From the NCBI GenBank assembly GCA_964461435.1, contig CAYWUI010000005.1, positions 8,316 through 72,315 on the forward strand: a stretch of DNA of 64,000 bases, written 5' to 3'. The translations under genes were made by a program, and so were the position numbers. Shown here one piece after another: positions 46,429 to 56,753 of this stretch (its first letter is position 1; each line of letters starts with the position of its first letter). The notes under the pieces were generated by a model. It searched no databases. It worked only from the letters and a program-made list of their open reading frames with translations, and was not told the origin of the DNA. Origin of the DNA: an uncultured Bacteroidales bacterium. GTDB lineage: Bacteria; Bacteroidota; Bacteroidia; Bacteroidales; UBA10428.

Positions 46429-48963
46429 ATGAATGATATAAAACAGAATTTACTTTTGGCGAAATACAGATTAACAGTATTATTAATTGTAGTTTATTTC
46501 CCTGTATTAACAGGAGTTTATGGGCAGGATTTTTTAAAGAACAGAACCGGTTTTCAACTTGTAAACTGGAAATTTTACAAAGGTGATATTACGCGGGCCG
46601 AGAGTCCGGATTTATTTTATAGCCAGGCATGGGCAGATATTACCGTCCCGCATACCTGGAATGCAGAAGATGTTCTCACCAAAGGATTCGAATGTTACCA
46701 GGGAGTAGGGTGGTACCGTAGTGAGTTTAAAATAACAGATAATTCAAAGTCAAGGTGTTTTGTCCGTTTTGAAGGAGTTTGCCTCGTAGCTGACGTATTT
46801 ATAAACGGCACATACCTGGGCAGGCATAAAGGAGGTTATTCGGCCTTTTGCTTTGAAATAACACCATATTTGAATAGGGGGAAAAATAATATTATTGCTT
46901 TAAAGGTGGATAATACAATGCAGCCTGATGTAGCTCCTTCGGGAACATATTTATATCCTTTATTCGGGGGCATTTACAGGCCTGTAACAATATTTTTTAC
47001 TGATGAATTATGTGTTTCCCCACTGGATTATGCATCAAGCGGAATATATGTCAGCTGCAAAAATGTATCTGAAAAGGAAGCCTCCGTCAGCGTGGAAACA
47101 TTACTTGATTATCAGTGCACGGAAGTTATTAAGACCAGATCCCCGGAATTATTGCCTCCGTCCGGGAAAAAAGGTAAAGGATTATTCGGAGAGTATTATA
47201 CAAATACTGACTTTGCAGGGAAACCGGCGCATTCAAGGATAGATGAATATATAGACTTTAATTTCATGAGGGGAAGTCCCTTCAGTGATATGCGCCCTGA
47301 CAGCTTTTCTATCCGGTGGACGGGTCGTTTTATCCCTGAAAAGTCAGGTATATACAGGTTTATACTTGAAAGTGATGACGGGTCCCGGCTGTATCTTAAC
47401 AATAAAAAGGTAATTGATCACTGGGGAGCACATGCAGCTACTGAAAAATATTATGAGGCAAGGATGGAGGCAGGAGAAGAATTTCAGTTGAAAATAGAAT
47501 ATAATGAATACGGCCTTGATGCTTCCATGAAGTTTGGCTGGGTACTGCTGGAAGTACCTGGTAAATCAATCGGGACTGCTATAAAAACCAGCATTATTGA
47601 CAGTAAAGGAAATGTTATTACGCAGGAAAAGGCTGGCATTAAAGTTACAGATAATCAAATAACCAAAAGCATACAGGAATTCCATATTGATAATCCTCAT
47701 CTCTGGAATGCGAAGGCTGATCCTTATTTATATACTCTGAATGTACAAATTGAGGATTTACAGGGGAACATTCTCGATGAAACGGAGCAGCAATTCGGAA
47801 TAAGATATTTTGAGGTAGACAGGCAAAAGGGACTGATACTGAACGGACAGCCATATCCTTTATATGGTGTATGCCGTCACCAGGAGTGGGAGGGACTTGG
47901 TTCGGCTTTAACCGATAAACATCATGAAAAGGATGTGGAACTGATTCTTGAAATGGGAGCAAACGGCGTGCGGCTGGCACACTACCAGCAGGCAGATAGA
48001 ATGTATAGCCTTTGTGATGAGAAAGGACTGGTAGTCTGGGCGGAATTTCCCAATACCCCCGCTTACAGGTTAAACAATCCTTCTTACCTGGAAAATTGCA
48101 AAAACCAGTTAACGGAACTTATTAAACAAAACTATAATCATCCTTCAATACTATTCTGGGGAATGTATAATGAGATTGATATTCCTGCCGAAGATTTAAA
48201 AATCCTTCATAATACTGCCAGGGAACTTGACCCCTGCCGCCTGACTACCCAGGCTGACTTTACACAGGTGAATGACAGGCATTACATAACAGATGTTGCT
48301 GCCTGGAACTGGTATTTTGGCTGGTATTACGGACAGTTTGGCGATTATGAAAAATGGTACAATAATCTTCATAGAGAGCATCCTGATCTGATTGCCGGCC
48401 TGAGTGAATACGGAGCGGGAGGATGCATCAGCCAGCAGCAGGAAAATCCGGAACGGCCTGATGCTACAAACGGCAGGTTCTTTCCCGAACAATATCAGTG
48501 TATGTACCATGAAAAAGTGTGGTCAGAAATAAAGGACCGGCAGGATATATGGTGCAAGTTTATATGGAATATGTTTGATTTTAGCTGGACTAATGTCAGA
48601 CGCGGCGATCGTGACTTTATAAATCACAAAGGACTTGTTACACATGACCGTAAAGTAAAAAAAGATGCCTTCTATTTCTATAAGGCAAACTGGTCCGATG
48701 AACCGGTACTATACATAACGGGCAGACGAAATATTGAACGGAAAGAAGATAATGTATCAGTCGGGGTATATACTAATCTTGAAAAAGCAGAGCTATATAT
48801 TAACGGAATTTTTATTTCCGGGAAAAAAATGGAATCTGATATTCACAAGATAGTATGGGACAATATTAAGCTTGTTCCGGGACGTAATAAAATAAGTGTA
48901 ATCGGATATAAAGATGAAAATAAATATACCGATGCCTGTGAATGGACTTATTATCCGCAATAG
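46429..48963 (+). CDS. Glycoside hydrolase family 2 with inserted PA14 domain
   Basis: 844 aa. The GH2 sugar-binding domain reads VPHTWN...GVGWYR...NG..LG.HKGGYSAF and the TIM barrel reads ANGVRLAHYQ, WGMYNEI. A PA14-like insert is present (GLFGEYYTNTDFAGKP...FSIRWTGRFIPEKSGIYRF...DDGSRLYLN). Confidence 0.85.
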   Translation: MNDIKQNLLLAKYRLTVLLIVVYFPVLTGVYGQDFLKNRTGFQLVNWKFYKGDITRAESPDLFYSQAWADITVPHTWNAEDVLTKGFECYQGVGWYRSEFKITDNSKSRCFVRFEGVCLVADVFINGTYLGRHKGGYSAFCFEITPYLNRGKNNIIALKVDNTMQPDVAPSGTYLYPLFGGIYRPVTIFFTDELCVSPLDYASSGIYVSCKNVSEKEASVSVETLLDYQCTEVIKTRSPELLPPSGKKGKGLFGEYYTNTDFAGKPAHSRIDEYIDFNFMRGSPFSDMRPDSFSIRWTGRFIPEKSGIYRFILESDDGSRLYLNNKKVIDHWGAHAATEKYYEARMEAGEEFQLKIEYNEYGLDASMKFGWVLLEVPGKSIGTAIKTSIIDSKGNVITQEKAGIKVTDNQITKSIQEFHIDNPHLWNAKADPYLYTLNVQIEDLQGNILDETEQQFGIRYFEVDRQKGLILNGQPYPLYGVCRHQEWEGLGSALTDKHHEKDVELILEMGANGVRLAHYQQADRMYSLCDEKGLVVWAEFPNTPAYRLNNPSYLENCKNQLTELIKQNYNHPSILFWGMYNEIDIPAEDLKILHNTARELDPCRLTTQADFTQVNDRHYITDVAAWNWYFGWYYGQFGDYEKWYNNLHREHPDLIAGLSEYGAGGCISQQQENPERPDATNGRFFPEQYQCMYHEKVWSEIKDRQDIWCKFIWNMFDFSWTNVRRGDRDFINHKGLVTHDRKVKKDAFYFYKANWSDEPVLYITGRRNIERKEDNVSVGVYTNLEKAELYINGIFISGKKMESDIHKIVWDNIKLVPGRNKISVIGYKDENKYTDACEWTYYPQ

Positions 48964-49050
48964 AATATAAAATCATCTCAAAAACAGCGGGCTCGATCAA
49001 TACTATTATTAAAGGAATAAATTCAGATTCTTATATTACAGTATAATTCT

Positions 49051-49572
49051 ATGAAGTTCAAGCTGGTAAATACGCCTGAAAAAGCTCCAAAAAGATTTTC
49101 AGATAATTCATTTAATGACAGAAGCTGGGATCTGATAAATGTCCCGTCTGACTGGCAATGTGAAGGATATGACTATCCCATTTATGTAAATTATAATTAC
49201 CCTTTCGGGAATTCAAGTCCGCCCCCCCTCATTCCCGATGAATATAATCCAACAGGTTTATACCGGACAACCTTTACTATACCCGAAGAATGGGGAGGCA
49301 GGCAGGTTTTTATTCATTTCGGGGCAGTAAAATCTGCCTTTTACCTGTGGATAAACGGTGAGATGGCAGGGTATAGCGAGGATAGCAAAACACCTGCCGA
49401 ATTTAATATTACACGGTACATTAAAAAGGGAGATAACCTTCCGGCATTAAAAGTAATACGCTGGAGCGACGGCAGTGATAACGCCTGGGGCGCAAAACCC
49501 CATGATGAATATATGATATTCCCCGGCATTTATAATTTTAGCTTTGTTTTACAGCCTGTACCTGAAAATTAA
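49051..49572 (+). pseudogene. Remnant of a LacZ-type GH2 beta-galactosidase (5'-truncated, with a large in-frame internal deletion)
   Basis: 173 aa. The sugar-binding domain segment (W.L.NVPS.WQ.EGY..PIY.N..YPF...NPTG.YR..F..P..W.GR.V..HF..V.SAFY.W.NG...GYS.DS..PAEF.IT.Y...G.N...V..RWSDGS) is joined directly to DNAWGAKPHDEYMIFPGIYNFSFVLQP. That second piece resembles the extreme C-terminus of LacZ ([10 protein letters not shown]...YHYQLVW). Confidence 0.6.
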
Positions 49573-49656
49573 AAACCGGACAGGCAGGTAATAAATTTAA
49601 ATACCGGCGGCTTATTCCGTAACAAAAAACTAATTATAATTAAATATAAATATATA

Positions 49657-51624
49657 ATGAAAACATCGGATAAATTCAGATTTGCTGTTATGGCATTATT
49701 ATTAATTGTCCTGGGTTTCTTTCAGCAATCCTGTAAACCGGTAAACCAGGATACAACAGTCAGCAGTCCGGATAAAAAAATAACGGTGCGCCTTACATTT
49801 TCCTCTGACATGGAGGCCTACTACAGTATTTTATATGGCGATTCTCTTGTATTGCATAATTCAAGGCTGGGTATAATCATGGAGGATGAGGATTTTTCAG
49901 AAAAGCTTGTTTTGGAATCGGTATCACCTGTGCAGGTGATAAAAGACGAGTACAGGTTATTAAGCAGCAAGAAAAGTAATTGTACGTATACAGGAAACAG
50001 AAGAGTATTCCATTTGAAAAACGGCAGTGGCAAAAAGATGGATATTATTTTCCAGCTGTCGGATGACGGGGTAGCTTTCAGGTATTATTTCCCGGGAAAA
50101 TCAAAAGATATAAAAAAGATAACCAGGGAACTTAGTTCATTTAATTTTCCGGAAGGCACAAAGGCATTTATTCAGCCAATAGCCGCTGCCAAGTCCGGTT
50201 GGAGCCAGGTGAATCCGTCATATGAAGAGTATTATATACAGGATGCTGAATTGTCCGCTCTCCCGGTAAACGGACCCGGCTGGGTTTTCCCGGCATTATT
50301 TAATTGCGGCGATTTCTGGATGTTATTAACTGAGACGGCTCCTGACAGGAATTACTGTGGCTGCAGGCTGATGCAGGATTCTGCAAGCTACATGTTTTTT
50401 ATAGGCTTTCCGCAGGAGTCTGAGGTTATACAGGGTGGCCCCCTGAATCCCGAATCCGCTCTGCCGTGGTACACACCCTGGAGGATCATAGCAATTGGCA
50501 AAGGATTAAAGACAATTGTAGAGTCCACTTTGGGCACGGATCTGGCTGATCCCTCCAGGCTGGAAGATGTGTCATACGTAAAACCGGGCAGGGCTTCGTG
50601 GAGCTGGGTTTTGCTTAAGGATGATTCCACAGTTTACGGTGTGCAGAAAAGGTTTATCGATTATGCAGCAGACATGGGCTGGGAATATTGCCTCATTGAT
50701 GCCTTGTGGGATAAGCAAATAGGTTATGACAGTATCGGCAGGCTGGTTAGCTATGGCAGGGAAAAGGGAGTGGGAATAATACTGTGGTACAACTCGGCAG
50801 GGGACTGGAACACTGCATTTCAAACACCCAGGAATAAAATGCTGACTGCTGATAGCAGGAACAAGGAATTTGCCTGGTTGAAGGAAATAGGAGTGAAGGG
50901 GGTGAAAGTTGACTTCTTTGGCGGGGACGGACAGTCAGTTATGTCATACTACCAGGATATTTTTGAGGATGCTGCAAAATATGGAATAATAGTCAACTGC
51001 CATGGTGCTACATTGCCCAGGGGGTGGCACCGCACCTGGCCCAACCTTGTTGCTGCAGAGGCAGTGCGCGGATTTGAGTATGTAACTTTCGAGCAGGCTA
51101 ATGCCGACCATGAAGCCAACCATTCATGCATGCAGCCGTTTACGAGGAATGTTTTTGATCCCATGGACTTCACTCCGGTTTGCTTTTCCGAAGTACCCCG
51201 CATAAAACGCCTGACAACCAACGGGTTTGAGCTGGCCCTTTCCGTGCTGTTCTGGTCCGGGGTGCAGCATTATGCCGAAACTCCGCGAGGTATGGCGACT
51301 GTGCCCGGTTATGTCCGCGATTTTCTCAGGGAGGTTCCTTCATGCTGGGATGATACAAGGTTTATTGAGGGTTTTCCCGGTAAGTACGTGATTATTGCCC
51401 GCAGGAAAGGCGATACATGGTACATGGCAGGAATAAACGGTGAAGCAGGAGAGAAAACAATAAATGTCGTGCTTCCTTTTGTTGATAATGCCGGTTCTTA
51501 CATGATAATAACAGATGGAGATAATAACCGTTCTTTCAGCATGAAGAAATTTAAATACGAAGCAGGGAAAAATATCCCCCTGAAGATAAAAGGTAACGGA
51601 GGTTTTGTCGTAAAGTTTTATTAG
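49657..51624 (+). CDS. Glycoside hydrolase family 97 (alpha-glucosidase/alpha-galactosidase type)
   Basis: 655 aa with a signal peptide and GH97-typical motifs (G.KVDFFGGDGQ, VN.HGA..PRGW.RT.PN, E.V.G.E). Confidence 0.8.
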   Translation: MKTSDKFRFAVMALLLIVLGFFQQSCKPVNQDTTVSSPDKKITVRLTFSSDMEAYYSILYGDSLVLHNSRLGIIMEDEDFSEKLVLESVSPVQVIKDEYRLLSSKKSNCTYTGNRRVFHLKNGSGKKMDIIFQLSDDGVAFRYYFPGKSKDIKKITRELSSFNFPEGTKAFIQPIAAAKSGWSQVNPSYEEYYIQDAELSALPVNGPGWVFPALFNCGDFWMLLTETAPDRNYCGCRLMQDSASYMFFIGFPQESEVIQGGPLNPESALPWYTPWRIIAIGKGLKTIVESTLGTDLADPSRLEDVSYVKPGRASWSWVLLKDDSTVYGVQKRFIDYAADMGWEYCLIDALWDKQIGYDSIGRLVSYGREKGVGIILWYNSAGDWNTAFQTPRNKMLTADSRNKEFAWLKEIGVKGVKVDFFGGDGQSVMSYYQDIFEDAAKYGIIVNCHGATLPRGWHRTWPNLVAAEAVRGFEYVTFEQANADHEANHSCMQPFTRNVFDPMDFTPVCFSEVPRIKRLTTNGFELALSVLFWSGVQHYAETPRGMATVPGYVRDFLREVPSCWDDTRFIEGFPGKYVIIARRKGDTWYMAGINGEAGEKTINVVLPFVDNAGSYMIITDGDNNRSFSMKKFKYEAGKNIPLKIKGNGGFVVKFY

Positions 51625-51722
51625 CATCGTTATGTAACATCCCTGCCCGGTAAATGCGGACAGCATATATATTATTCATTTTTTATGGATGATATAAACA
51701 AAGACAGAACATAAGCCATGCG

Positions 51723-52709
51723 TCACCACAAATGGTGAACCAGCTTTTTTATCCTTTTTTCATAGATTGCCTGCACCGCATCTAATTGCTGCCTTGTCAG
51801 GTCAGGCATTTCTGTTGAAAGATTATTTGATTCTACCTGTTCCTTTTTTGATGCACCGGGAATAATGCAGCTTACTTCATCGAACATTAATATCCATTTT
51901 AATGCAACAGGCGCCAGGTTGGCGTGCCCCGGAAAGACCTTTTTCAGCTCCCCGACAGCTTCCAGCCCCGTTTCATAATCTATGCCCGAGAATGTCTCTC
52001 CCTTGTCAAACCACTCCCCGTTCCTGTTGGAATACCTATGGTCACCGCTTGAGAATGATGAATTTTTATTGAACTTACCTGTCAGCAATCCGCTTGCCAG
52101 TGGCACCCTTACTATTATCCCGACGTTCCTGCATCTTGCTTCCGTAAAGAACAGTTCCGATGGCCTTTGCCTGAACATGTTAAATATAATCTGAATAGTA
52201 GTTACGTTGTCGTATTCAATAGCCTTCAAGGCTTCCTCGACCTTCTCAACACTTACGCCCAGGTGCAAAATCTTGCCTTCATCTTTAAGGCGCTCAAATA
52301 ATTCAAAAATTTCGGGCCTGTAATATGCTTCAGGAGGGGGGCAATGCAGTTGGATCAGATCAATTGTTTCCACACCCATATTTTTCAGGCTGTCTTCGAC
52401 GTACTGCCTTAATACGGGGGGCTGGTAATATCTATTTTCATGGGGGTTGAGGCGCCTGCCGCATTTTGTGGCTACATATATCCTTTCGGACCTTGAATGT
52501 ACCAGTTTCCCCACTGCCTTTTCACTCTCACCGTCACCGTAAACGTCAGCAGTATCAATGAAGTTTATGCCTGAATCAACAGCAAGGTTCAGTATGCTGT
52601 CAGCGTTATCATGACTGAACTCATCACCCCATTTACCACCAACCTGCCATGTTCCGAGGCTTATTTCTGAGATTTTAAATCCTGTTTTTCCAAGTATCCT
52701 GTAATTCAT
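51723..52709 (-). CDS. Aldo/keto reductase (cytoplasmic, Tas/YhdN-like)
   Basis: 328 aa with GTWQ.GG.WG, FIDTADVYG.GESE and the layout of the AKR11/14-like family. Confidence 0.85.
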   Translation of the reverse strand: MNYRILGKTGFKISEISLGTWQVGGKWGDEFSHDNADSILNLAVDSGINFIDTADVYGDGESEKAVGKLVHSRSERIYVATKCGRRLNPHENRYYQPPVLRQYVEDSLKNMGVETIDLIQLHCPPPEAYYRPEIFELFERLKDEGKILHLGVSVEKVEEALKAIEYDNVTTIQIIFNMFRQRPSELFFTEARCRNVGIIVRVPLASGLLTGKFNKNSSFSSGDHRYSNRNGEWFDKGETFSGIDYETGLEAVGELKKVFPGHANLAPVALKWILMFDEVSCIIPGASKKEQVESNNLSTEMPDLTRQQLDAVQAIYEKRIKKLVHHLW

Positions 52710-52769
52710 TTTATTAAAAATTATTTGTGTGTATTAATGTTTAATCAGTTTATAATATATTGTTTTCCA

Positions 52770-53690
52770 TTACTTTGATGTTAAAGGCAGATTATAAACA
52801 AGGCGCAGGTTTGCAATCGGACCGTCATTAAAGCTCATATTCTTCTGCTGCCTGTTATCACCGAAACTTATTATGCTTAGGCGGAAATCAACTTTCTGGT
52901 CACTCTCATACTGGGCGTATTTCCTTCCGAGTGCATAGCCCATCTGTACTTCAACATGTAAATTCCCGGCCACCCGGTACCTGCATGAAAGAGTTAAATC
53001 TATACTTGTCCTTTCCATGTAGTATTCTTCAGTTTCCGGTTTGCCGAGCCTGTAGGTGGTGATGAGGCCGAAGTGGCCGATGCCCAGTGTAAGACGATCA
53101 GTAGCCCTGTAAGTAACTTTACTGGAGATGGGTAACAGACCCGTGATGTTCCACCGGGAATCCACTTCCCAGTTCAAGAAGACCAGTGGTACCACCAGGG
53201 AACCCGAAAATTCATGGTTGTACATAGCCCCGAAGCGCATAGTCAGCTGCTCATTAAACTGCTTTTCATACAGAACAGTACCTCCCGGCTGAAAACAAGT
53301 CTCATCAACATTAAAGAAGTCAGTCATAAAACGCGGGGTTAATATAATCCATAGAGCATTGTCATTATCTAACTTCCTGATCAGTCCTGTCTGAAAGATA
53401 AATCCATGTAACCTTACGGGATTTACCATACCTACCAGCATCCGGAGATCACTGGTAACATATGAGTAGATATAACTCAGATCGTTGACCCAGATATAGG
53501 ATTCAGACAGTTTCAGGGGTAATTTAAGGTTTATCAGACCCCCGTATTCTGTTGCCTTGCCCGGCATGTTCTTTTCGTAAGAGGAGGGAAATCCATAGTG
53601 TGCTGAAACAGTAAACAGATCAATACTTTTCTGTGCTGCTGCAGAAAAACACAATCCCGTTACAGTCATTAAAAGAATAAGTCGTCTCAT
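52770..53690 (-). CDS. Putative outer-membrane beta-barrel protein
   Basis: 306 aa with a signal peptide (AAAQ) and alternating hydrophobic beta-strand periodicity throughout. No specific family was recognised. Confidence 0.45.
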   Translation of the reverse strand: MRRLILLMTVTGLCFSAAAQKSIDLFTVSAHYGFPSSYEKNMPGKATEYGGLINLKLPLKLSESYIWVNDLSYIYSYVTSDLRMLVGMVNPVRLHGFIFQTGLIRKLDNDNALWIILTPRFMTDFFNVDETCFQPGGTVLYEKQFNEQLTMRFGAMYNHEFSGSLVVPLVFLNWEVDSRWNITGLLPISSKVTYRATDRLTLGIGHFGLITTYRLGKPETEEYYMERTSIDLTLSCRYRVAGNLHVEVQMGYALGRKYAQYESDQKVDFRLSIISFGDNRQQKNMSFNDGPIANLRLVYNLPLTSK

Positions 53691-53757
53691 ATTAATAGCA
53701 TATATAAGTAGAAAAGAATAAAATTATAAGTATTGTTGTTAAGACGTTTCTTTTCAT

Positions 53758-54300
53758 TTAATATGTTATTTTATCGTCTTCAAGTATAGTATAATGGTAA
53801 TTATCTTTCCACTCCCCTCTGATGGGAAGTATCTTTCTTCTTATACCTTCCCTGGCCATGCCGGCTTTTTCCAGCACCCTGATCGATTTCATGTTGCCGG
53901 TAGCAACACCTGCTTCTATCCTGTGAAGCCTTAAATCTTTAAACCCGAACTTTATTAATGTCCTGGCAGTTTCCGTAGCATATCCCTTTCCCCAGTGGGG
54001 AGGTAATAATTTGAAATAAATCTCTCCCATTTTAAATCTGCTGGCTGACAGGTTCAAGCCTGCCAGTCCGATAAATATATTGTTAGTTTTAATATTAATA
54101 GTCCAGCAATATTTTTTTCTTATATCTTCATTTTGATCTTCAATCGCCGGCCGGATCACTTCTTTTGTTTCTTCAATATTTTGAGGTATCCCAAGGGTAT
54201 TGAACTCATCCACCTGGGGGATAGAGTGCAGTTTATGGATATCTTCCAAATCATCCCAGGTTATTTCTTTTAAAATAAGTCTTTCGGATTCCAGGTTCAT
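53758..54300 (-). CDS. GNAT family N-acetyltransferase (RimJ/RimL-like)
   Basis: 180 aa with the acetyl-CoA-binding motif WGKGYATE and the pattern ...L.RIEA.V...N..S.RVLEK.GM..EG. Confidence 0.8.
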   Translation of the reverse strand: MNLESERLILKEITWDDLEDIHKLHSIPQVDEFNTLGIPQNIEETKEVIRPAIEDQNEDIRKKYCWTINIKTNNIFIGLAGLNLSASRFKMGEIYFKLLPPHWGKGYATETARTLIKFGFKDLRLHRIEAGVATGNMKSIRVLEKAGMAREGIRRKILPIRGEWKDNYHYTILEDDKITY

Positions 54301-54441
54301 GTCCGGTCACTTCACTGATTATTTACCACCAAGATACATAGTTTTATTAATTTATCAAACAGCTTCCGGAGTTATCTGGAAATCAATCTTTTTACATAAC
54401 TTTGCTGAAAGCTTTAAAAGAAATCCTAACCAGCCAGCTTT

Positions 54442-56043
54442 ATGAAAAAGATCATAATTCACCTTATTTTTATGGCGGTTTTACTTGCCAGCATAATAAT
54501 ATGCAGTTTAAAAGTTTATGGTGGCAATAAGACCGGCGATATTTCAGGAACTGTATTTGAGGATACCAACAGAAACCTGCAGCTTGATCCGGGCGAGAAA
54601 GGCATTTCCGGTATACTTGTAAGTAACCGGCATGAAGTCGTCAGGACAGATACCGGAGGGCAATATCATTTACAGTTTGATGAGGATGAATCTGTAGTAT
54701 TTGTTATTAAACCACCTGGTTTTTCGTTTCCATTAAATAAAAATAATCTGCCCCTGTTTTATTATATGCATAACCCGGAAAATTCACCGGTGAAAGATCA
54801 CAGGGAAATGCAACCGGCACGTGAATCTCCGGGCATGGTTAATTTCCCTTTGTACAGGACAGTTGAAAAGGACTCTTTTAATGTTATAATACTTGCCGAT
54901 CCGCAGCCCAGGGATCATGAAGAACTTGGTTATGTCAGGGATGATATTGTTGCAGAGCTGGCAGGAACCGGGGCATTATTCGGAATAACTCTCGGAGATA
55001 TTATGTTTGATGATCTGTCACTTTACGGACGCTACAACGAGATTATTTCAAAAATTGAAATACCATTTTATAATGTACCTGGTAATCATGATGCTGATTA
55101 TGATGCATTGGCCAATAAGCACTCGCTGGAGACTTATAAACACTGGTACGGACCTGACTATTATGCATTTGAATATGGAAAAATAAACTTTATTGTATTA
55201 AATACTGTTCACTGGATGGACGATCCGGGGATCATTTATCACCGCAGTTACGAGGGGAAAGTGGGAGAGGACCAGCTTCAATGGCTGAAGAATTATTTGC
55301 AGTTTGTTCCTCCGGATGAATTGATTGTATTATGTATGCATATACCTCTGTATTCATATAGTTCTGACATTTACCAGGAAAATGTTGTGGATAGAAATAA
55401 GCTTTTTAATATTTTACAGGACAGGAGTCATTTATTAGCTCTTGCCGGCCATCTTCACACCCTGGAAAATAATTACCTTGATGAAACTGCAGGCTGGACA
55501 TCCGGGATACCGTTTCACCAGGTATCATGCGCAGCTGTTTGTGGCAGCTGGTGGAGAGGGCCAAAAGACGAGAGAGGTATTCCCGCTGCAGTCCAGTTAT
55601 CTGACGGCACACTTAACGGATACCATGTATTTCACTTTGAAGGAAATAATTATTCCCAGAGGTTTAAAGCTGCAGGCAAAGATGAGAATTACCAGATCAG
55701 GATCAGCGCTCCGCGTGGAATAATAAGCAAGAATAAAACTAATGACCTTATGATAACAATAAATTTCTTTAACGGGAATGATAAGTCGGTTGTGGTATGT
55801 CAAACGGACAATAATGAGCCTGTTCAGATGAGAATGACTACCATGAAAGATCCTTATGCAGAACAGCTATTTCATGACTATACTGATTTATATGATGACT
55901 GGATAGGGCGGGGTCCGACCAGGCACATGTGGGTAACCGCTTTGCCTGCTGATCTTGAACCGGGGGTTCATAAGATCGTGGTAAGTGCAACGGATGAGTA
56001 CGGCATTAATTATAAGCAATCCACAATTTTTGAAATATTTTAA
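54442..56043 (+). CDS. Calcineurin-like metallophosphoesterase with N-terminal SdrD-B/Cna-like fold and C-terminal beta domain
   Basis: 533 aa. The N-terminus reads GDISGTVFEDTNRNLQLDPGEKGISG. Phosphoesterase motifs are DPQ, GD, GNHD, H...H and GHLH. Confidence 0.8.
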   Translation: MKKIIIHLIFMAVLLASIIICSLKVYGGNKTGDISGTVFEDTNRNLQLDPGEKGISGILVSNRHEVVRTDTGGQYHLQFDEDESVVFVIKPPGFSFPLNKNNLPLFYYMHNPENSPVKDHREMQPARESPGMVNFPLYRTVEKDSFNVIILADPQPRDHEELGYVRDDIVAELAGTGALFGITLGDIMFDDLSLYGRYNEIISKIEIPFYNVPGNHDADYDALANKHSLETYKHWYGPDYYAFEYGKINFIVLNTVHWMDDPGIIYHRSYEGKVGEDQLQWLKNYLQFVPPDELIVLCMHIPLYSYSSDIYQENVVDRNKLFNILQDRSHLLALAGHLHTLENNYLDETAGWTSGIPFHQVSCAAVCGSWWRGPKDERGIPAAVQLSDGTLNGYHVFHFEGNNYSQRFKAAGKDENYQIRISAPRGIISKNKTNDLMITINFFNGNDKSVVVCQTDNNEPVQMRMTTMKDPYAEQLFHDYTDLYDDWIGRGPTRHMWVTALPADLEPGVHKIVVSATDEYGINYKQSTIFEIF

Positions 56044-56068
56044 AAAAAACCGGGACATCCCGGTTTTT
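56042..56068. terminator. Bidirectional rho-independent terminator between convergent genes
   Basis: The sequence is A8-CCGGG-ACAT-CCCGG-T5. The GC stem spans 56050-56063 and is flanked by an A-run and a T-run, so it can terminate both strands. Confidence 0.55.
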
Positions 56069-56100
56069 AAATCTGAAAATATATTTATTCCAAAAGGTTG

Positions 56101-56715
56101 TTAAAATATTTTCCATGGGCTGCCTTGTCCTGTTTCAACCGAATCTTTAATATCATCATAGAATTTGGCAAAGCTAACATACATATACGGATAAACCCAT
56201 AATAGTAATATTCCCAGGGTAAGCATGCTCAGCAGTACCCATCCGATAAACCTTAATCCGAGGCAAAAAAGTTTCCATTTATATCCATACATCATCTGTG
56301 TACTCTTTCTTATTGCATCCATTGGACTTATATCTTTATCGTCTGCTATAATAAAGAATGTCTGTGAATATGCAAGCGCAGCAATAATTCCGGGTACGAT
56401 AAGCAGCAACATCCACAGGAATACAAACAGCGCCATAAGAAGATATGCTGCCAGGGCAGTGCCGAAGTTTTTAAATCCGTCAAATATCTGTCCAATATCG
56501 GTTTCTTTTTTTCTTGATACTGACAGCATATAAGTTATATAACCAAGAGCCATAGGCCCCCCGATTATCAGGGTTGCTATCGGTCCCACTATTTTTATGA
56601 CCTGTAAACCTGCTGTAATTGCAAGATAAATCAAGGTTGCCAGGGCTGCTGCGCCCCATTTGCCGGACAGTTCTGCCCAGGCCTGCTGCATTAGGACTCT
56701 GTTTTCTGTTTTCAT
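56101..56715 (-). CDS. DUF975-family integral membrane protein
   Basis: 204 aa with ~5 TM helices. The N-terminus (...A...L.GKWG.A) and overall layout are recalled from DUF975. Confidence 0.6.
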   Translation of the reverse strand: MKTENRVLMQQAWAELSGKWGAAALATLIYLAITAGLQVIKIVGPIATLIIGGPMALGYITYMLSVSRKKETDIGQIFDGFKNFGTALAAYLLMALFVFLWMLLLIVPGIIAALAYSQTFFIIADDKDISPMDAIRKSTQMMYGYKWKLFCLGLRFIGWVLLSMLTLGILLLWVYPYMYVSFAKFYDDIKDSVETGQGSPWKIF

Positions 56716-56753
56716 TTATTTAATTTTTATTGTTAATAATTATTGGTTTATAT

